The notes beneath the pieces were generated by a model, which saw only the letters and a list, made by a program, of their open reading frames with translations, was not told the DNA's origin and did no database searches. From NCBI GenBank assembly GCA_951406725.2, contig OX597818.1, positions 130,262,001 to 130,326,000 on the forward strand: 64,000 nucleotides of DNA, written 5' to 3'. Both the position numbers and the translations under genes were made by a program. Shown piece after piece: positions 38,735 to 51,385 of this stretch. Numbering within the stretch: position 1 is the first letter of the stretch; each line of letters starts with the position of its first letter. Source of the DNA: Octopus vulgaris (lineage: Eukaryota).

Positions 38735-39033
38735 GTGGAGGCACATGGCCTAGTGGTTAGAGTGGCAGACTTGAGGTTGAGGGATCGCGGGGTTGAATCT
38801 CAGACCGGGCGATGTGTGTGTTTATCAGCGAAACACCTAAGATCCATGCGGCTCCGGCAGAAGGTGATGGCAAACTTCTGCTGACTCTTTCGCCACAACT
38901 TTCTCTCACTCTTTCCTCCTGCATTTTGCAGCTCACCTGCGATGGACTGGCGTCCCTTCCAGGTGGGGAACCTATACACCAAAGAAACCAGGAAACTGGC
39001 CCTTATGAGCCGGGCATGGCTCAAGAAGGAACA
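38735..39033 (+). mobile_element. SINE family C head with V-domain-like tail
   Basis: 12-bp TSD ATATATGTATAT at 38723-38734 and 39034-39045; tail has CCTGCGATGGACTGGCGTCCC. Confidence 0.88.
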
Positions 39034-39354
39034 ATATATGTATATACTTATGTCATCTAAAGGTCCATAAGTCAAGAGAAAGGTATACTTGTATATCTGT
39101 AAATAGAGTGGGTATATTATTTGAAGTGTACAGTATTATTCATCCATCACAGCCAATCTTTCCAATTAGTTTCATACCAGGGATACAATGGAGTATTAGG
39201 TAACAATCTGATTATGTAACCCTATATTCATCAGAGGTAGCTGATATGGAATGGAATATGGCAACTGCTCTCTATTGTTGGAGGTGAATGGACACATCCA
39301 GTTTGTGGTTGCTGTGAAAAGATGATGAAATGAAACGAGTTGAGGATTACTTAC

Positions 39355-39356
39355 AT

Positions 39357-39397
<41 letters not shown>

Positions 39398-39790
39398 CGA
39401 TGGGCTTCTTTCGGTTTTCATCTACCAAATCCACGCACAAAGTTTTAGTTAATCCAAGGCTATTGTAGAAGACACTTGCCCAAGGTGTCACACAGTGGGA
39501 CTGAACCTGGAACCATTTGGTTGGGAAGCAAGCTTCTTACCACACAGCCATACCTGCACCTAGTATGTTTGTATATACGCATGCATATGTGTTTATCTTA
39601 CCACCACTTCTTGTCAACCGGTGTTTGTTTATTTACATCCCCATAATTTAGAGGTTTGGCAAAAGAGATAATAAAATAAGTACCAGGCTTAAAAGCAAGT
39701 AATGGGATTGATTTGTTCAACTAAACCCTACAAGGTAGTGCCCCAGAATGGCCATAGTCAAATGACTGAAACAAGTAAAAGAGAAAAAGA
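39355..39790. mobile_element. Family A: 5' half on minus strand abutting 3' half on plus strand
   Basis: 39398-39560 is the reverse head and body; 39562-39790 is the forward 3' half ending GACTGAAACAAGTAAAAGAG. Confidence 0.85.
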
Positions 39791-39937
39791 TATCTGTACA
39801 CAACGACTATCAATAGACACATAAATATATATATATATGTTAGTAGAAGTGGGAAAAAAATGAAAACAATACTAGGAAATGAAACAAAATTCAGTGAAAC
39901 TTAGTACTGAACATACAGCATATGTTTATTTATGTAT

Positions 39938-40321
39938 GTGGAGGCGCAATGGCCCAGTGGTTAGGGCAGCGGACTCGCGGTCGTAGGATCGTGGTTTCGA
40001 TTCCCAGACCGGGCGTTGTGAGTGTTTATTGAGCGAAAACACCTAAAGCTCCACGAGGCTCCAGCAGGGGATGGTGGTGATCCCTGCTGTACTCTTTCAC
40101 CACAACTTTCTCTCACTCTTACTTCCTGTTTCTGTTGTACCTGTATTTCAAGGGGCCGGCCTTGTCACTCTCTGTGTCACGCTGAATATCCCCGAGAACT
40201 ACGTTAAGGGTACACGTGTCTTTGGAGTGCTCAGCCACTTACACGTTAATTTCACAAGCAGGCTGTTCCGTTGATTCGGATCAACCGGAACCCTCATCGT
40301 CGTAACCGACTGAGTGCTTGC
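39938..40321 (+). mobile_element. SINE family C, full length
   Basis: A-box TGGCCCAGTGG, B-box GTTTCGATTCC; 10-bp TSD ATTTATGTAT at 39928-39937 and 40322-40331. Confidence 0.93.
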
Positions 40322-40344
40322 ATTTATGTATATGCTAATGTTTT

Positions 40345-40445
40345 TGTTTGAATTTCTGAGATGTAATATTTAACAGATCTTTCTCTTTACTGTTGTTATT
40401 ACATTTCAACTGGTGTACTCTACAACCTTCTTCAGGTGTAATTTG
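40345..40445 (-). mobile_element. Old Penelope-like pLTR remnant with decayed hammerhead
   Basis: Minus strand ACACCTGAAGAAGGTTGTAGAGTACACCAGTTGAAATG aligns to ACACCTGATGAAGGCTGGAGGGTATATCAGCTGAAACG at 51341. Confidence 0.65.
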
Positions 40446-40674
40446 TTAACAGTCGCAGTCTGATGCTCATTCCAAGGAAACTCAACTATTAAGTTTTCTT
40501 CCACTTTTGATACCACATGATCACTGTGTTGAACCAGAGCATATACAAACTCACTGACATAGGGGCTGACCTCTCATATCCACTGGGAAAGCAACAATAC
40601 TTAATTCATGTTCAATAGTTATATTTATGATCCTATTGACTTATAGGTATCATACATAAAGTATAATATACTTG

Positions 40675-41255
40675 TATGCATGTGTGTGTGTGTGTATGTG
40701 TGTGTGTTTGCGTGTGTGTATATATATATATGTATATGTGTATATATTTATATATGTATATATATATATGTGTATATATATGTATATATATGTGTGTGTA
40801 TATATACATATGTATATATATATATATATATGTATCTATATAAATATATGTATATATATGTGTGTGTATATATGTATGTGTATGTATATATGTATGTGTA
40901 TATATATGTATATATGTGTGTGTATATATATTTATATATATATGTATATACATACATATACATATATATATATATACACACATATACATACCCACATAAA
41001 TATATACAGACATACATATATACATACATATATATATACATAATATATATATACATACCTATATACATACATATATACATATATATATATACATTCACAT
41101 ATATACATACATATATATACATAATATATATACATCATATGTGTATATATACACACACACATATATATACACACACATACAAATACATTGTACTCTATGT
41201 ATGATACTTATGTATATATCTATATATCTATCTATCTATATATATATGTATATAG
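40675..41255. repeat. Compound (TG)/(TA)/(CA) microsatellite
   Basis: Direct reading. Confidence 0.95.
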
Positions 41256-43682
41256 AACAGTGAATAAATGTGCATCTATGTATATGTCAATTCCAGTGAG
41301 ATGCAACAAATTATAAATCAAAAACAAAGAGTAAATAAACAACAAAATCTGAATCTTAGTTTGGACAACAACTAATTACTATAGAAATTGTCTCAGTGGT
41401 GAAAGGAAAAGGATAAGATGATAACACTGATGATAAGAGGCTGTAAAATATTTAACTGATAGCTTACTTTGAACACAATGAACAAGGTAGCTTTTAGCTG
41501 CTGTAGAGGTGTTACAATGAGTCAAGACATCACTGGAGCTGGAAGCATTGAATTAAGACAGAATTTAGCAATTGCAAAAGTGTTAAGATGTACAGAGATA
41601 AATATCTGAACAACACTTGAGCTGGGAATATTGAACTATTTAGGGAACCAACTGGGAATATTGAATATATAGCTGTTATAAAAGGTCTTTCAATGTATTG
41701 AGTTAATTGCTAAGACAATTGAGATACTATAATAGGCCTAAGGGGCCAATCTGTGACTGCATTGAATAAGGGACTTTATTTCCAATAGGAAGTAACCAAA
41801 AGCAAAACACCAACTGAAGCCAGGAGCAATTTCTGTCTCAAAAAATGGTTATGAGCCATCTCTTTTCATTCGTGAAGTTCAGATTGGTTGTCAATGTTAC
41901 CAATGAGCGTTATGGTTTGAATAACTCCAACTAGGTGAGAGGCTAAGACTGAGAACACAAGGCCAAAGACATATAATAATATACAATAAATATACACTTA
42001 GATATTAATTCCTTATTTTCATAATTTCTTATTCTTTTTTCTGGAGTGTGCATGCAAATTAAAAACATAATTAATAAAATTTTAGGAGCTGGTTATCTTG
42101 GAAATAAAAACATAATTTAAATAAGCTTCTAGCAAACAAGGTCTGACTCTTAATTTGATTCCTGGCAGTGGTTATTTCATTTACTCTTGGGAAATATATG
42201 AGTTTTACAATTGTGATTTTTCCCCAAATGTGTAAATCTTGCTTACTGTTGTAAAAATGTAGTGAGGCATCTCCAACAAGCAAGTTAATATATGTCTAAC
42301 CTAACATACATTATTATGTAGCTTGCAACTTCCATATGAGTAATTACATTTGCATATTTTTCTGCATTTCAAAAAAAAATCACTTGCTGCACTTGACTAA
42401 CAATTTTATTTTGTTTTATTTCGTAATATACTATCAGTTATATTTTTAGATTTTGCACATTTAATAGTATGTTTAATAATGTTGAAATACTAAAATTGTT
42501 TAATTAATATAATGGCTTAAATTAAAAATCTCTCCCCCAGACCCTTCCTCAAAATATTCTGATAAAATGGTGTGGGGGGGGGGGGAATCTGTTCCAAATT
42601 TGATTTCATTCTTGGCATACATCTCAATCATGCCACATAAACACATAAAATCAGTCAGACTACTGTAAACAATTGTTTACAATTTGATAAAGCTGAGATC
42701 TTAGTGAAAGCACATTCTAATATTCTGAGAATGAAAAAACCACTTACTAAAAGCTAAGCAAATATGTTTCTTCTTAATTTACCCTCACACAAATAAGAAT
42801 TCCTTAAAAACTTAGGAAAATTTAATATATTTATTTTTATAACAATTAGTAAAATAATATTTTGATTGGTTATAAGTTTCCAACAGATCAATCACTTGTC
42901 CACCGCCTCTGATGGTGAGGGGAAATAATTCTTGTTGCATAATGTGAAAAAGCCACCACCGCCATCATCATTCAGCATACCCTTCATCATATCCGACAGT
43001 GTTGGCATACCCCATGTGAAGAATATAGTGTAAAGTGGTTGAATACCACAGAACAGACAACAGACGTATTATTTGTTATTGATTTATTTTTGTTTATTTT
43101 TGTAATGTATTATAAGTTTTATTTTTATATTCTATGCATTTAATATCATGTTTAATGATATTGAATTACTAAAATTGTTTAATAGCTTAAATTAAAAATA
43201 TCTCTGAGAGTGTTTGTAACTTGGGAAAGATTAAACTCACCAGTAACTTCACTGGAAAAGAGCTTGTCTTTCAGTTTTCTAACTGATTCAACTTCTGGCT
43301 ACCAAATTCTACATGCAACTTATTGGTCAGCTGGGGGTTCAGGTAGGAGTAACATGCCCAAGGTGCTGCACAATGGGATCAAAACCAAAAACATATATAT
43401 ATATATATTATGTAAGACAAAAAAAGGGATTCAAAAATCCATGCAGATATCAATAAACCACTTAGTTTTAAATAAATATGGTTAACTATATCCAACAGTC
43501 AGACACCAATAAATGCAAGTAGAATACACATCTAAGGTAATTCCTCGTGTATGACAAGTAGATCCAAGTATCATTTAGAAGAATTTTGAGAAATTCAGAC
43601 AATTAGACAACAAAAATATGTATAGAGAAAAGTACATCTTTAATTGTAAAATTCACCATATAAAACTGACAATTGTTTCTTA

Positions 43683-43911
43683 TTTTTTATTGCCCACAAG
43701 GAGATAAACGTAAAGGGGACAAACAAGGACAGACAAAGGGATAAAGTCAATTAGATCGACCCCAGTACGCAACGGGTACTTAATTTATCGATCCCGAAAG
43801 GATGAAAGGCAAAGTCGACCTCAGCGGAATTTGAACTCAGAACGTAACGGCAGACGAAATACCGCTAAGCATTTTGCCCAGTGTGCTAACGTTTCTGCCA
43901 GCTTGCTGCCT
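43683..43911 (-). mobile_element. SINE family B1
   Basis: Reverse complement of 25442-25674. Confidence 0.92.
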
Positions 43912-45613
43912 TTTCTGACAATTGCTTCTGTTGTATTAACATCTTTGGATATAGAAAATATCATTAAAATTAATATTTCTGAAAATACATGTTAACACAA
44001 CATTTTCAAGGACCGAAAATAAAATTAGGTACATTCAAAGTTAACTAAGGAAATATTTCCAGTACTAATACATCCCTGTACTAATTATGAAAATTAACAT
44101 TTTATGAGAACAATAAATTTGAATTATGCTAAAAGCAGACAGTGGAGTATGAAATGTTGTTGAAGGATCCTCTGCTCCAGACAAGAATGTAATTAAGCAA
44201 CCAAGTTACTAAGCTTTTACCCATCCCTACTTCTCAACACATTTTTCTACCCCCACCACACCCTTCCTTATACTACTACAGTCAAATATTTCAGCTATAT
44301 AACTACTAACTAAACCAATTCTCTTTCATTTCTGAGACTTACTATGACTAACTTGTCAATCACTCTTCCATTTCCACCCAACCAACCCTGATACTATCTC
44401 ATTTACCTCTTATTTCCCTTGACTTTCTAGTGATCCTTTTAGACACATTCCGACCATCCTGCAGGCAAGATATATTTCCACTTAATTTTGCAAGTCATAG
44501 TCCTTCAGCTTGGCAACACACACCTTCATTTCTCTGTCTCTCATTTCGTGTGTACATTAGTGTCTATCTTTCTCTTTGAATGATATACATACATACAAAC
44601 ATACATACATGCATATATATATATATGTTCCCTCATGTACACAGCACACTCATGCCATCATAATCACACACTATGTGACTAACCTAATCCAATTGACATT
44701 CTCCCAGCATACCAACTGCTTTCTCTTCCGGAAGATTCTTTCTTTCTTTCTTTCCTCCAAGGAAATACCTAAATTCCCTGTAATCTCCCTTACCTTCTTA
44801 GAAAATTCATCACTACACCACTTTGCTTTTCATTCATTTTCTTCTAGAATATTCATTAAATCTTTCCTTACTCGTCTTATTCCTTCCTGTACCCCTTTTT
44901 CTTAAACTATTTACTCCACTCCATTTTATCTAACCCACCTCTTATATACAATACCTACCCTTATCCTCTTATCCAAACTCTATCACTACTTTTATCCTTA
45001 CCATCAAAGCCATCTCTCCCACCCTTAATATGTACTCATTTTACAGACAGTTTATCTCCCATCCCTCACCACTAGTTCACATTTACTTTCAACACTATTT
45101 AACCACTTATCTAACAACCTCCTGCTCTCCTTTTCTAAATTAAATCCCCCTTCATCCTTCAGCATCTATTATATATTTTGCTTCCTGATTGTTTACTTGC
45201 TTCCTTAAATATTTCCAACCCTATCATTTCGACTCTATTCACCAAACCATGTGATCGATTCAGTTCATCCTACATTACATCATCTACTAATGTCCTCCTT
45301 ATTTAAGGACAAATCTTTAAAAGTAATCTGTTCTTTAAATCTTTGGGGAATTCTCAGAGTGTCACCCAGGAGTTAGGGATGATTTTAATGAAATATAGAG
45401 TTCTGAGGAAATCAATCAAAACCCAGGTAGTGAGTTCAAATGGGCAGTCATAATGATGCAGTCAATAAAGTAATGTTCTCTTGGTTAAAGAGTTTATGGG
45501 TTCCTATCCTGTCATTAATACAGCGTTATGTCTTTGGCCAAGGGAGTGAATGAACTGCTGTATGAATTATGTTAGTTGCCAGTCAGCTTGTCTTTTAGTA
45601 TATTTATATACAT

Positions 45614-45770
45614 AGGAGTGGCTGTGTGGTAAGTAGCCTGCTTACCAACCACACGGTTCTGGGTTCAGTCCCACTGCATGGCACCTAGGAAAAGTGTCTT
45701 CTATTATAGCCTCGGGCCGACCAAAGCCTTGAGAGTGGATTTGGTAGACGGAAACTGAAAGAAGCCTGTC

Positions 45771-45814
<44 letters not shown>

Positions 45815-46040
45815 GTGTGTGTGTGTTTGTGTGTCTGTGTTTGTCTCCCCAACATCGCTTGACAACCGATGCTGGTATGTTTATGTCCCCGTTACTTAGC
45901 GGTTCGGCAAAAGAGACTGATAGAATAAGTACTAGGCTTACAAAGAATAAAACCTGGGGTCGATTTGTTCGACTAAAAGGTGGTGCTCCAGCATGGCCGC
46001 AGTCAAATGACTGAAACAAGTAAAAAAGAGAAAAAAAAAG
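45614..46040 (+). mobile_element. SINE family A, full length
   Basis: Homology to 1479-1887. Confidence 0.93.
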
Positions 46041-46046
46041 AGATAT

Positions 46047-46325
46047 GTGGAGGTGCAATGGCCCAGGGGTTAGGGCAGTGGAGTTGCGGTCAGAGGATCG
46101 CGGTTTCGATTCCAGTTGTGCGTGTTTATTGCGCAAAAACACCTAAAACTCCACGAGGCTCCGGCAGGGGGTGGTGGCGAGCCCTGTTGTACTCTTTCGC
46201 CCCAACTTTCTCTTACTCTCTCTTGAGGCTAGGTGACAGGAAGAGCATCCAGCCATATGAAATCTGCCTCAAAAAACTCTGTCTGACCAATGCAAGCATG
46301 TAAAAAGTGGACAATAAAACAATGT
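46047..46325 (+). mobile_element. Family C head followed by D-like tail
   Basis: GTGGAGGTGCAATGGCCCAG...ACTTTCTCTTACTCTC then GGTGACAGGAAGAGCATCCAGCC...GCATGTAAAAAGTGGAC. Confidence 0.75.
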
Positions 46326-46620
46326 GAATAATGATTATACAATGTGTGGATACAACCATGAGATCCTGAGTTTGATCCCAGGGTGTTGTATATAGAGCAA
46401 GGGCAGTTACCATAAGCCCCAGCTTTACGAAAGTCTTGTAAGTGAATTTGGGTTGGCAAGAAACTATACAGAATCCTATTAGATGGACTGCATTTGTAAT
46501 TCAGAAGTTCAGCCCTATCACACTTTTATCATGCACATTTTACCTGAGAATTATATTCAGGGCAGATCCTTTTGTGGAACACAGCTACTTTGCATGCTAG
46601 TTTCAATAAACAGGTTGTTC

Positions 46621-47278
46621 GGATCTTTTCGGTTTGAGCGACAGTTTTTTCTAGCGGTGTCATATGAAATTGTCACCCATAATTATGACCCTAGTATCAA
46701 TCTATTGCATTTCAATCTGTTTTAGGGTTAGGGTTAGTTAGGGTTAGGGGTGGGGGTAAGTGCATCCTTTTTTCTTCACAAATTTAAATAAACCCAATCT
46801 GTTTCTTAAACGAGGGACATATTCATATGGCACAGAATGTTTTTTTAACTCAATGGACGTCATCGATTGGTTGAAATTGCAAAAATTGAAGAAAAAAAAC
46901 AAATATCTTACAAACTATAGAATTTTCTCAATAAAGCCAAGAGAAAATGATGTTTTATAAATACATTCTAGCAGCATATGAAGTTTTAAATTTTTTAGTT
47001 TGATTTTGATTTTGATTTTGATTTTTCCAGTTTCAGCTCATGAGCTGTGGCCATGCTGGGGCACCGCCATTTGGTTTGCTACATGATTTTACCTCACGAA
47101 TGCTTTTTAGCAACTGCCATTTGGTGTATGAGAGAGTTCGATGCAGCTGCCCTCATCTGCACCTCCTGCCGTGAAGTTGGTTCATCCGGGACACCTGACA
47201 GGAAGAGATCCAGTCCTACTTAGAAATTAAGTTACCTAGAAATTATGTTAAAAACTGCCGTTCAAACTGAAAAGATCC
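46621..47278. mobile_element. Non-autonomous TIR transposon with 10-bp TSD (Mutator-like), carrying TTAGGG repeats
   Basis: TIRs GGATCTTTTCGGTTTGAGCGACAGTTTTT / AAAAACTGCCGTTCAAACTGAAAAGATCC; TSD CAGGTTGTTC at 46611-46620 and 47279-47288. Superfamily inferred only from TSD length. Confidence 0.88.
47001..47229 (-). mobile_element. CR1-type LINE 3' end nested in the TIR element
   Basis: Minus-strand VGLDLFLSGVPDEPTSRQEVQMRAAASNSLIHQMAVAKKHS*, short 3' UTR, (AAAATC)n tail. Confidence 0.8.
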
Positions 47279-48676
47279 CAGGTTGTTCAGTTGATTAAAC
47301 CACTGGATGCTCACAAGTCAAAAATGACATGATTTTTTTTCTGATGTTCCAAATAAGTTGAGCAATTGTATACAAGCTCTCACTTTGGTTCAATTATCAG
47401 TTTGCAGATCAAGTAAGAAAAGGGAAAGGGTAATTTAGTTAAACCCGATCAAACAGACAAGAATATGACAAATAATGTTACAGTTTACAGTGAGATTATC
47501 AAGCCACTTCCTCAAAAGTAAAGAAAAGTGCTGCTAGGTACTGACCACAGAATAAGTGTAATAACAACACTGTGAAATACTAACAGAAAGTTGCTGAGTA
47601 GTTATGAAATTTACAATGCAGAGATTGAATCTTAAATGATAAACATATTAAGTACTATCAAATATGAAAGTGGGGAGAATGGATGAGATGGAAGTACAGT
47701 GTTTGGGAACAAAGGATTGCAGGGAATCAATAAACACCTTCTACTGCTAATATGCTTAATCTGAGAGCAAAGCAGTTACCAAGGGACAGGATAATTTGAT
47801 GTTAGTAAGACAAATTGACTGAAAATTGATAATTAGAAGGGCAGTTTACAATGTTGAAATCAAATTTTCTCAAGGAGGGGAAATGAATTCAGAGAATAGA
47901 ACCTGACTACATGTCACAATGACCCTAATTAAGGTGAGAATGGAAAAACAAGAGAACTATTAAAATTCGTTTTTTTTTTTTTTAATGTAGTTCAAAATGC
48001 TGGCTGATTAATTAATTGATAAAGCAATCAATTAATTAATTTATTCATTTAATTAGGGCAGATATTTAAATCTGGTGGTATTTCATTATTTTCTATGAAT
48101 ACATAATAATGCATACTATTTCTACATTTAATCAAAGCCTATGGGTCTGTAAGATGAGAGATCTCAATAAAAGTTGTAATTTGTTGCATTATTCAAGAAT
48201 AACAAGAAGTTTCTAGAGAATTTATTTGTCTGCTAGGGAAAGAATTTTGTTAACTGCTACTCTGGATTTTGACTGGCAGCATGAATGCATTTATGTAAAT
48301 ATCCATGAGTATATATTAACACATATATAAATATAATAACATGTATATATACACATAAAGGCATGTTGATATAATTGATATAGTTTTCACCACTAATACA
48401 TGATGGCATTCTAATATTTCAGTAGAAAATGCACTTGGATCTTATCCTAGGAAGACTGAATGCAAACAAAGATAGGTCTGGAAGCAATAAATAACCATTA
48501 AAGCTCAGAATGTGGTGCAAGGAAACTTCAAAACATTATCTTTGGCAAAGTGATATTGTTTATGATAAATTATTTTTCACATCAGTACAGGTCATATATT
48601 TAAAAAGGTGGAGCATAGTTGATAAACATCAACCACAGTTCATGGAAGGTGATTATTTTCATCAAAATGCGGAACA

Positions 48677-49085
48677 TCATCATCATAATCGTTTAACGTC
48701 TGCTTTCCATGTTAGCATGGGTTGGACGATTTGACTGAGGACTAGCGAACCGGATGGCTGCGCTAGGCTCCTATCTAATCTGGTAGAGTTTCTACAGCTG
48801 GATGCCCTTCTTAATGCCAACCACTCTGAGAGTGTAGTGGGTGCTTTTACGTGCCACCGGCATGAGGGCCAGTCAGGCGGTACTGGCAGCGAACACACTA
48901 AGATGGTGCTTTTTATGTGTCGCCTGCACAGGAGCCAGTCCAGCGGCACTGGCAATGATCTCGCTCGAATATTTTGTTCATGTGCCACCAGCATGGAAGC
49001 CAGACAGCCACTCTGGCAGGGATCCCGCTAGGATGGAGCTGTTAGCGCTCCACTGGCACAGGTGCCAGTCATCGAATTTGGTTCA
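48677..49085 (-). mobile_element. Family D retroposon (four modules)
   Basis: (CAT)n start; reverse modules at ~65-bp period. Confidence 0.87.
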
Positions 49086-49489
49086 TGGAAAGCAAAGTCA
49101 TCTAAGCAGAATTTGAACCAAAAAATCAAAAAGGGGAACGCTAAATGCCGTTAGGTATTTAGTAGGATAATCTCCCTCTTTGCCTATTCCAGTAACCTAA
49201 CTTGTCATCATCATTATAATTGTTTAACATCTGTTATTACATGTCTACATGAATCAGGTGAAAAAAAAATATGTTCAGCCAGATTTTCTACTGTGGATGC
49301 CCCATCTGTAAGTAACCCTCAGCTATTTCCAAGTAAGGTAATGTTTACTGCTGTTCACCATGCCCACCAGTACATGAAACATGAACAGTGCAATGACAGC
49401 TTCATGAAATACTGCAAACAAATGACACTGCTTCTGTGATAATAACATTTATTTATAACCAACATAATTTCAAGTTAAGGTGATATGAA

Positions 49490-49588
49490 AACACACTCAC
49501 ACACATGGGTACACACAAACACACACACACACACATACATGCACACACATGCACACACACACATGCACACACACACACGCACACACAT

Positions 49589-49629
<41 letters not shown>

Positions 49630-49746
49630 CACACACACACATGCACACACACACACACATGCACACACACACACACACATGCACACACACACACATGCAC
49701 ACACACACACACATGCACACACACACACGCACACACACACACACAT

Positions 49747-49802
<56 letters not shown>
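49490..49802. repeat. (CA)n array with periodic CATG interruptions, the expanded internal tract of a minus-strand A-head SINE (about 49205-50042)
   Basis: Array abuts ACGATAGGCTTCTTTCAGT, the same junction as in other A copies. Confidence 0.9.
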
Positions 49803-49804
<2 letters not shown>

Positions 49805-51012
49805 TAGGCTTCTTTCAGTATCTACCAAGTCTACTCGTTGATTCAGGACTATTGTAAAAGACATTAACCCAAGGTATCCCGAAGTGGAAATGAATATGAA
49901 ACAACATGGTTAGGAAATAAATTAAGGAAGACAGGGGAAGAAATAGAGAAGTTAGAGAAGAGAACGTTTAACTACGCAGACAACACACTGCAGAATCCAG
50001 AAAAATGAGACAATGCTAAACATCTCAACCATACAGCCATGTTTGAACCTATAAAATGATACGTAATAAAAACATGAATAAACTGTGAGACGAATGTTTT
50101 ACAGTTTGAAGATAAGTATTTATTGTTCCCATTTCTAATCTTAAATCACAATTATCTGACTCTTTTAGCCTTCTAAGGTCAGGGATGAGGACTCTCTTGC
50201 TCACAATTGAAATTGAAACTGGAGAAGAATTCCAAAAACTCACATGGAAAAAAAAAAAAAGAATAACAGTAATTTAATGTTATATACCTATGAAATTGTA
50301 AAATTAAAAGTTATTGATTTTTCTCAGTACAAGTTCTTATGAACTTTCAATTTGCCTTTGGTACTATAAAATGCTTCCCATCCCTGCTCTAAGTGAACCT
50401 CAGTCATACATATAAGCAAAGACTATCCATTGATAATTTTCTTTCAACAATGATTTCTGACATTATATATCTATTGCTGTGTTCTGAAAATTATGACAGC
50501 AATGTCAAAAGTGGTAATCGAAAACCTCAGCAAAACAAGAGGATTTGTTGAAGACTGAAGACGAGAATGTAATACAACTACAATAATACAGTTCTATATT
50601 TAAGGCATGAGGAATTATTTACATTTGATGGATATTTGTCCTCATCTTGTTTGTTGTTAATATTTCAGCTGATATACCCTCCAGACTTCATCAGGTGTCT
50701 TGGGGAAATTTTGAACCTGGGTTCTCATTCTTAGGGTATTTTTCAGTGTCATTATTATTATTATCATTATCATTATTATTATCATTATCATTTTTATTAT
50801 TATTATTATCATTATTATCATCATTATCATTATTATTATTATCATCATTATTATTATTACCATTGTCATCATCATTATTATTATTATCATCATCATTATT
50901 ATTATTATCATTATTATTATTATCATTATTATTATTATCATCATTATTATTATTATTATGATTATTATTATTGTTATTATTATTATTATTCAAATCACTG
51001 CCTGGAATCAAA

Positions 51013-51183
51013 CTGTGGGATGAAGTTAAAATAATAGACAGAGAACACCACTGGAAAATACGAAAACTAAAATAAGCAGCACATACGCTAGGACACAACA
51101 ACCTCCTAAACAGACTGAGTGCAGATACGAGTAGCATATTGGAACCTGTATTAAGGAAGGATAGGAAAATATTAGAATCATAA
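51013..51183 (+). pseudogene. Penelope GIY-YIG endonuclease C-terminal remnant
   Basis: Manual translation LWDEVKIIDREHHWKIRKLK*AAHTLGHNNLLNRLSADTSSILEPVL; matches the W..VKI.D.E..W..RK.KEA..I...LNR pattern, with the conserved E codon mutated to stop. Confidence 0.82.
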
Positions 51184-51212
51184 GCCCTACAATTCACTCC
51201 ATAATTGCCCTT

Positions 51213-51275
51213 GGGCATATGGCATAGTAGTTAAGAGTGCGGGCTACTAAGCCCAAAATACCCAGTTCGATTCCA
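51213..51275 (+). promoter_or_regulatory. tRNA-derived Pol III promoter-like head inside the Penelope-like element
   Basis: A-box TGGCATAGTAG (51220-51230), anticodon-arm-like GGGCTACTAAGCCC, B-box GTTCGATTCC (51265-51274). Confidence 0.72.
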
Positions 51276-51339
51276 CAATAACAACAACAACATGAAAAAA
51301 TACCTTAGGAATGAGAACCCAGGTTCGAAATTTCCCCAA

Positions 51340-51385
51340 GACACCTGATGAAGGCTGGAGGGTATATCAGCTGAAACGCTGTGTT
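51340..51385 (+). ncRNA. Minimal type I hammerhead ribozyme, Penelope type (cleavage triplet mutated)
   Basis: GACAC-CTGATGA-AGGCTG gagggtatat CAGCT-GAAAC-GCT-GTGTT; stem I GACAC/GTGTT; second decayed copy on the minus strand near 50660-50700. Confidence 0.8.

Noticed and set aside
39940-40010. Functional tRNA gene
   Set aside because: No acceptor stem or terminator; it is the head of a TSD-bounded SINE. The same applies to the other tRNA-like heads.
42405-43205. ~130-bp AT-rich direct repeats (42405-42535, 43080-43205) as LTRs
   Set aside because: No TG..CA ends, PBS, PPT or TSD; more likely an old local duplication or two fragments of a repeat.
46722-46756. True telomere or chromosome-fusion scar
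   Set aside because: Only four TTAGGG units, and they lie inside a TIR element with a TSD.
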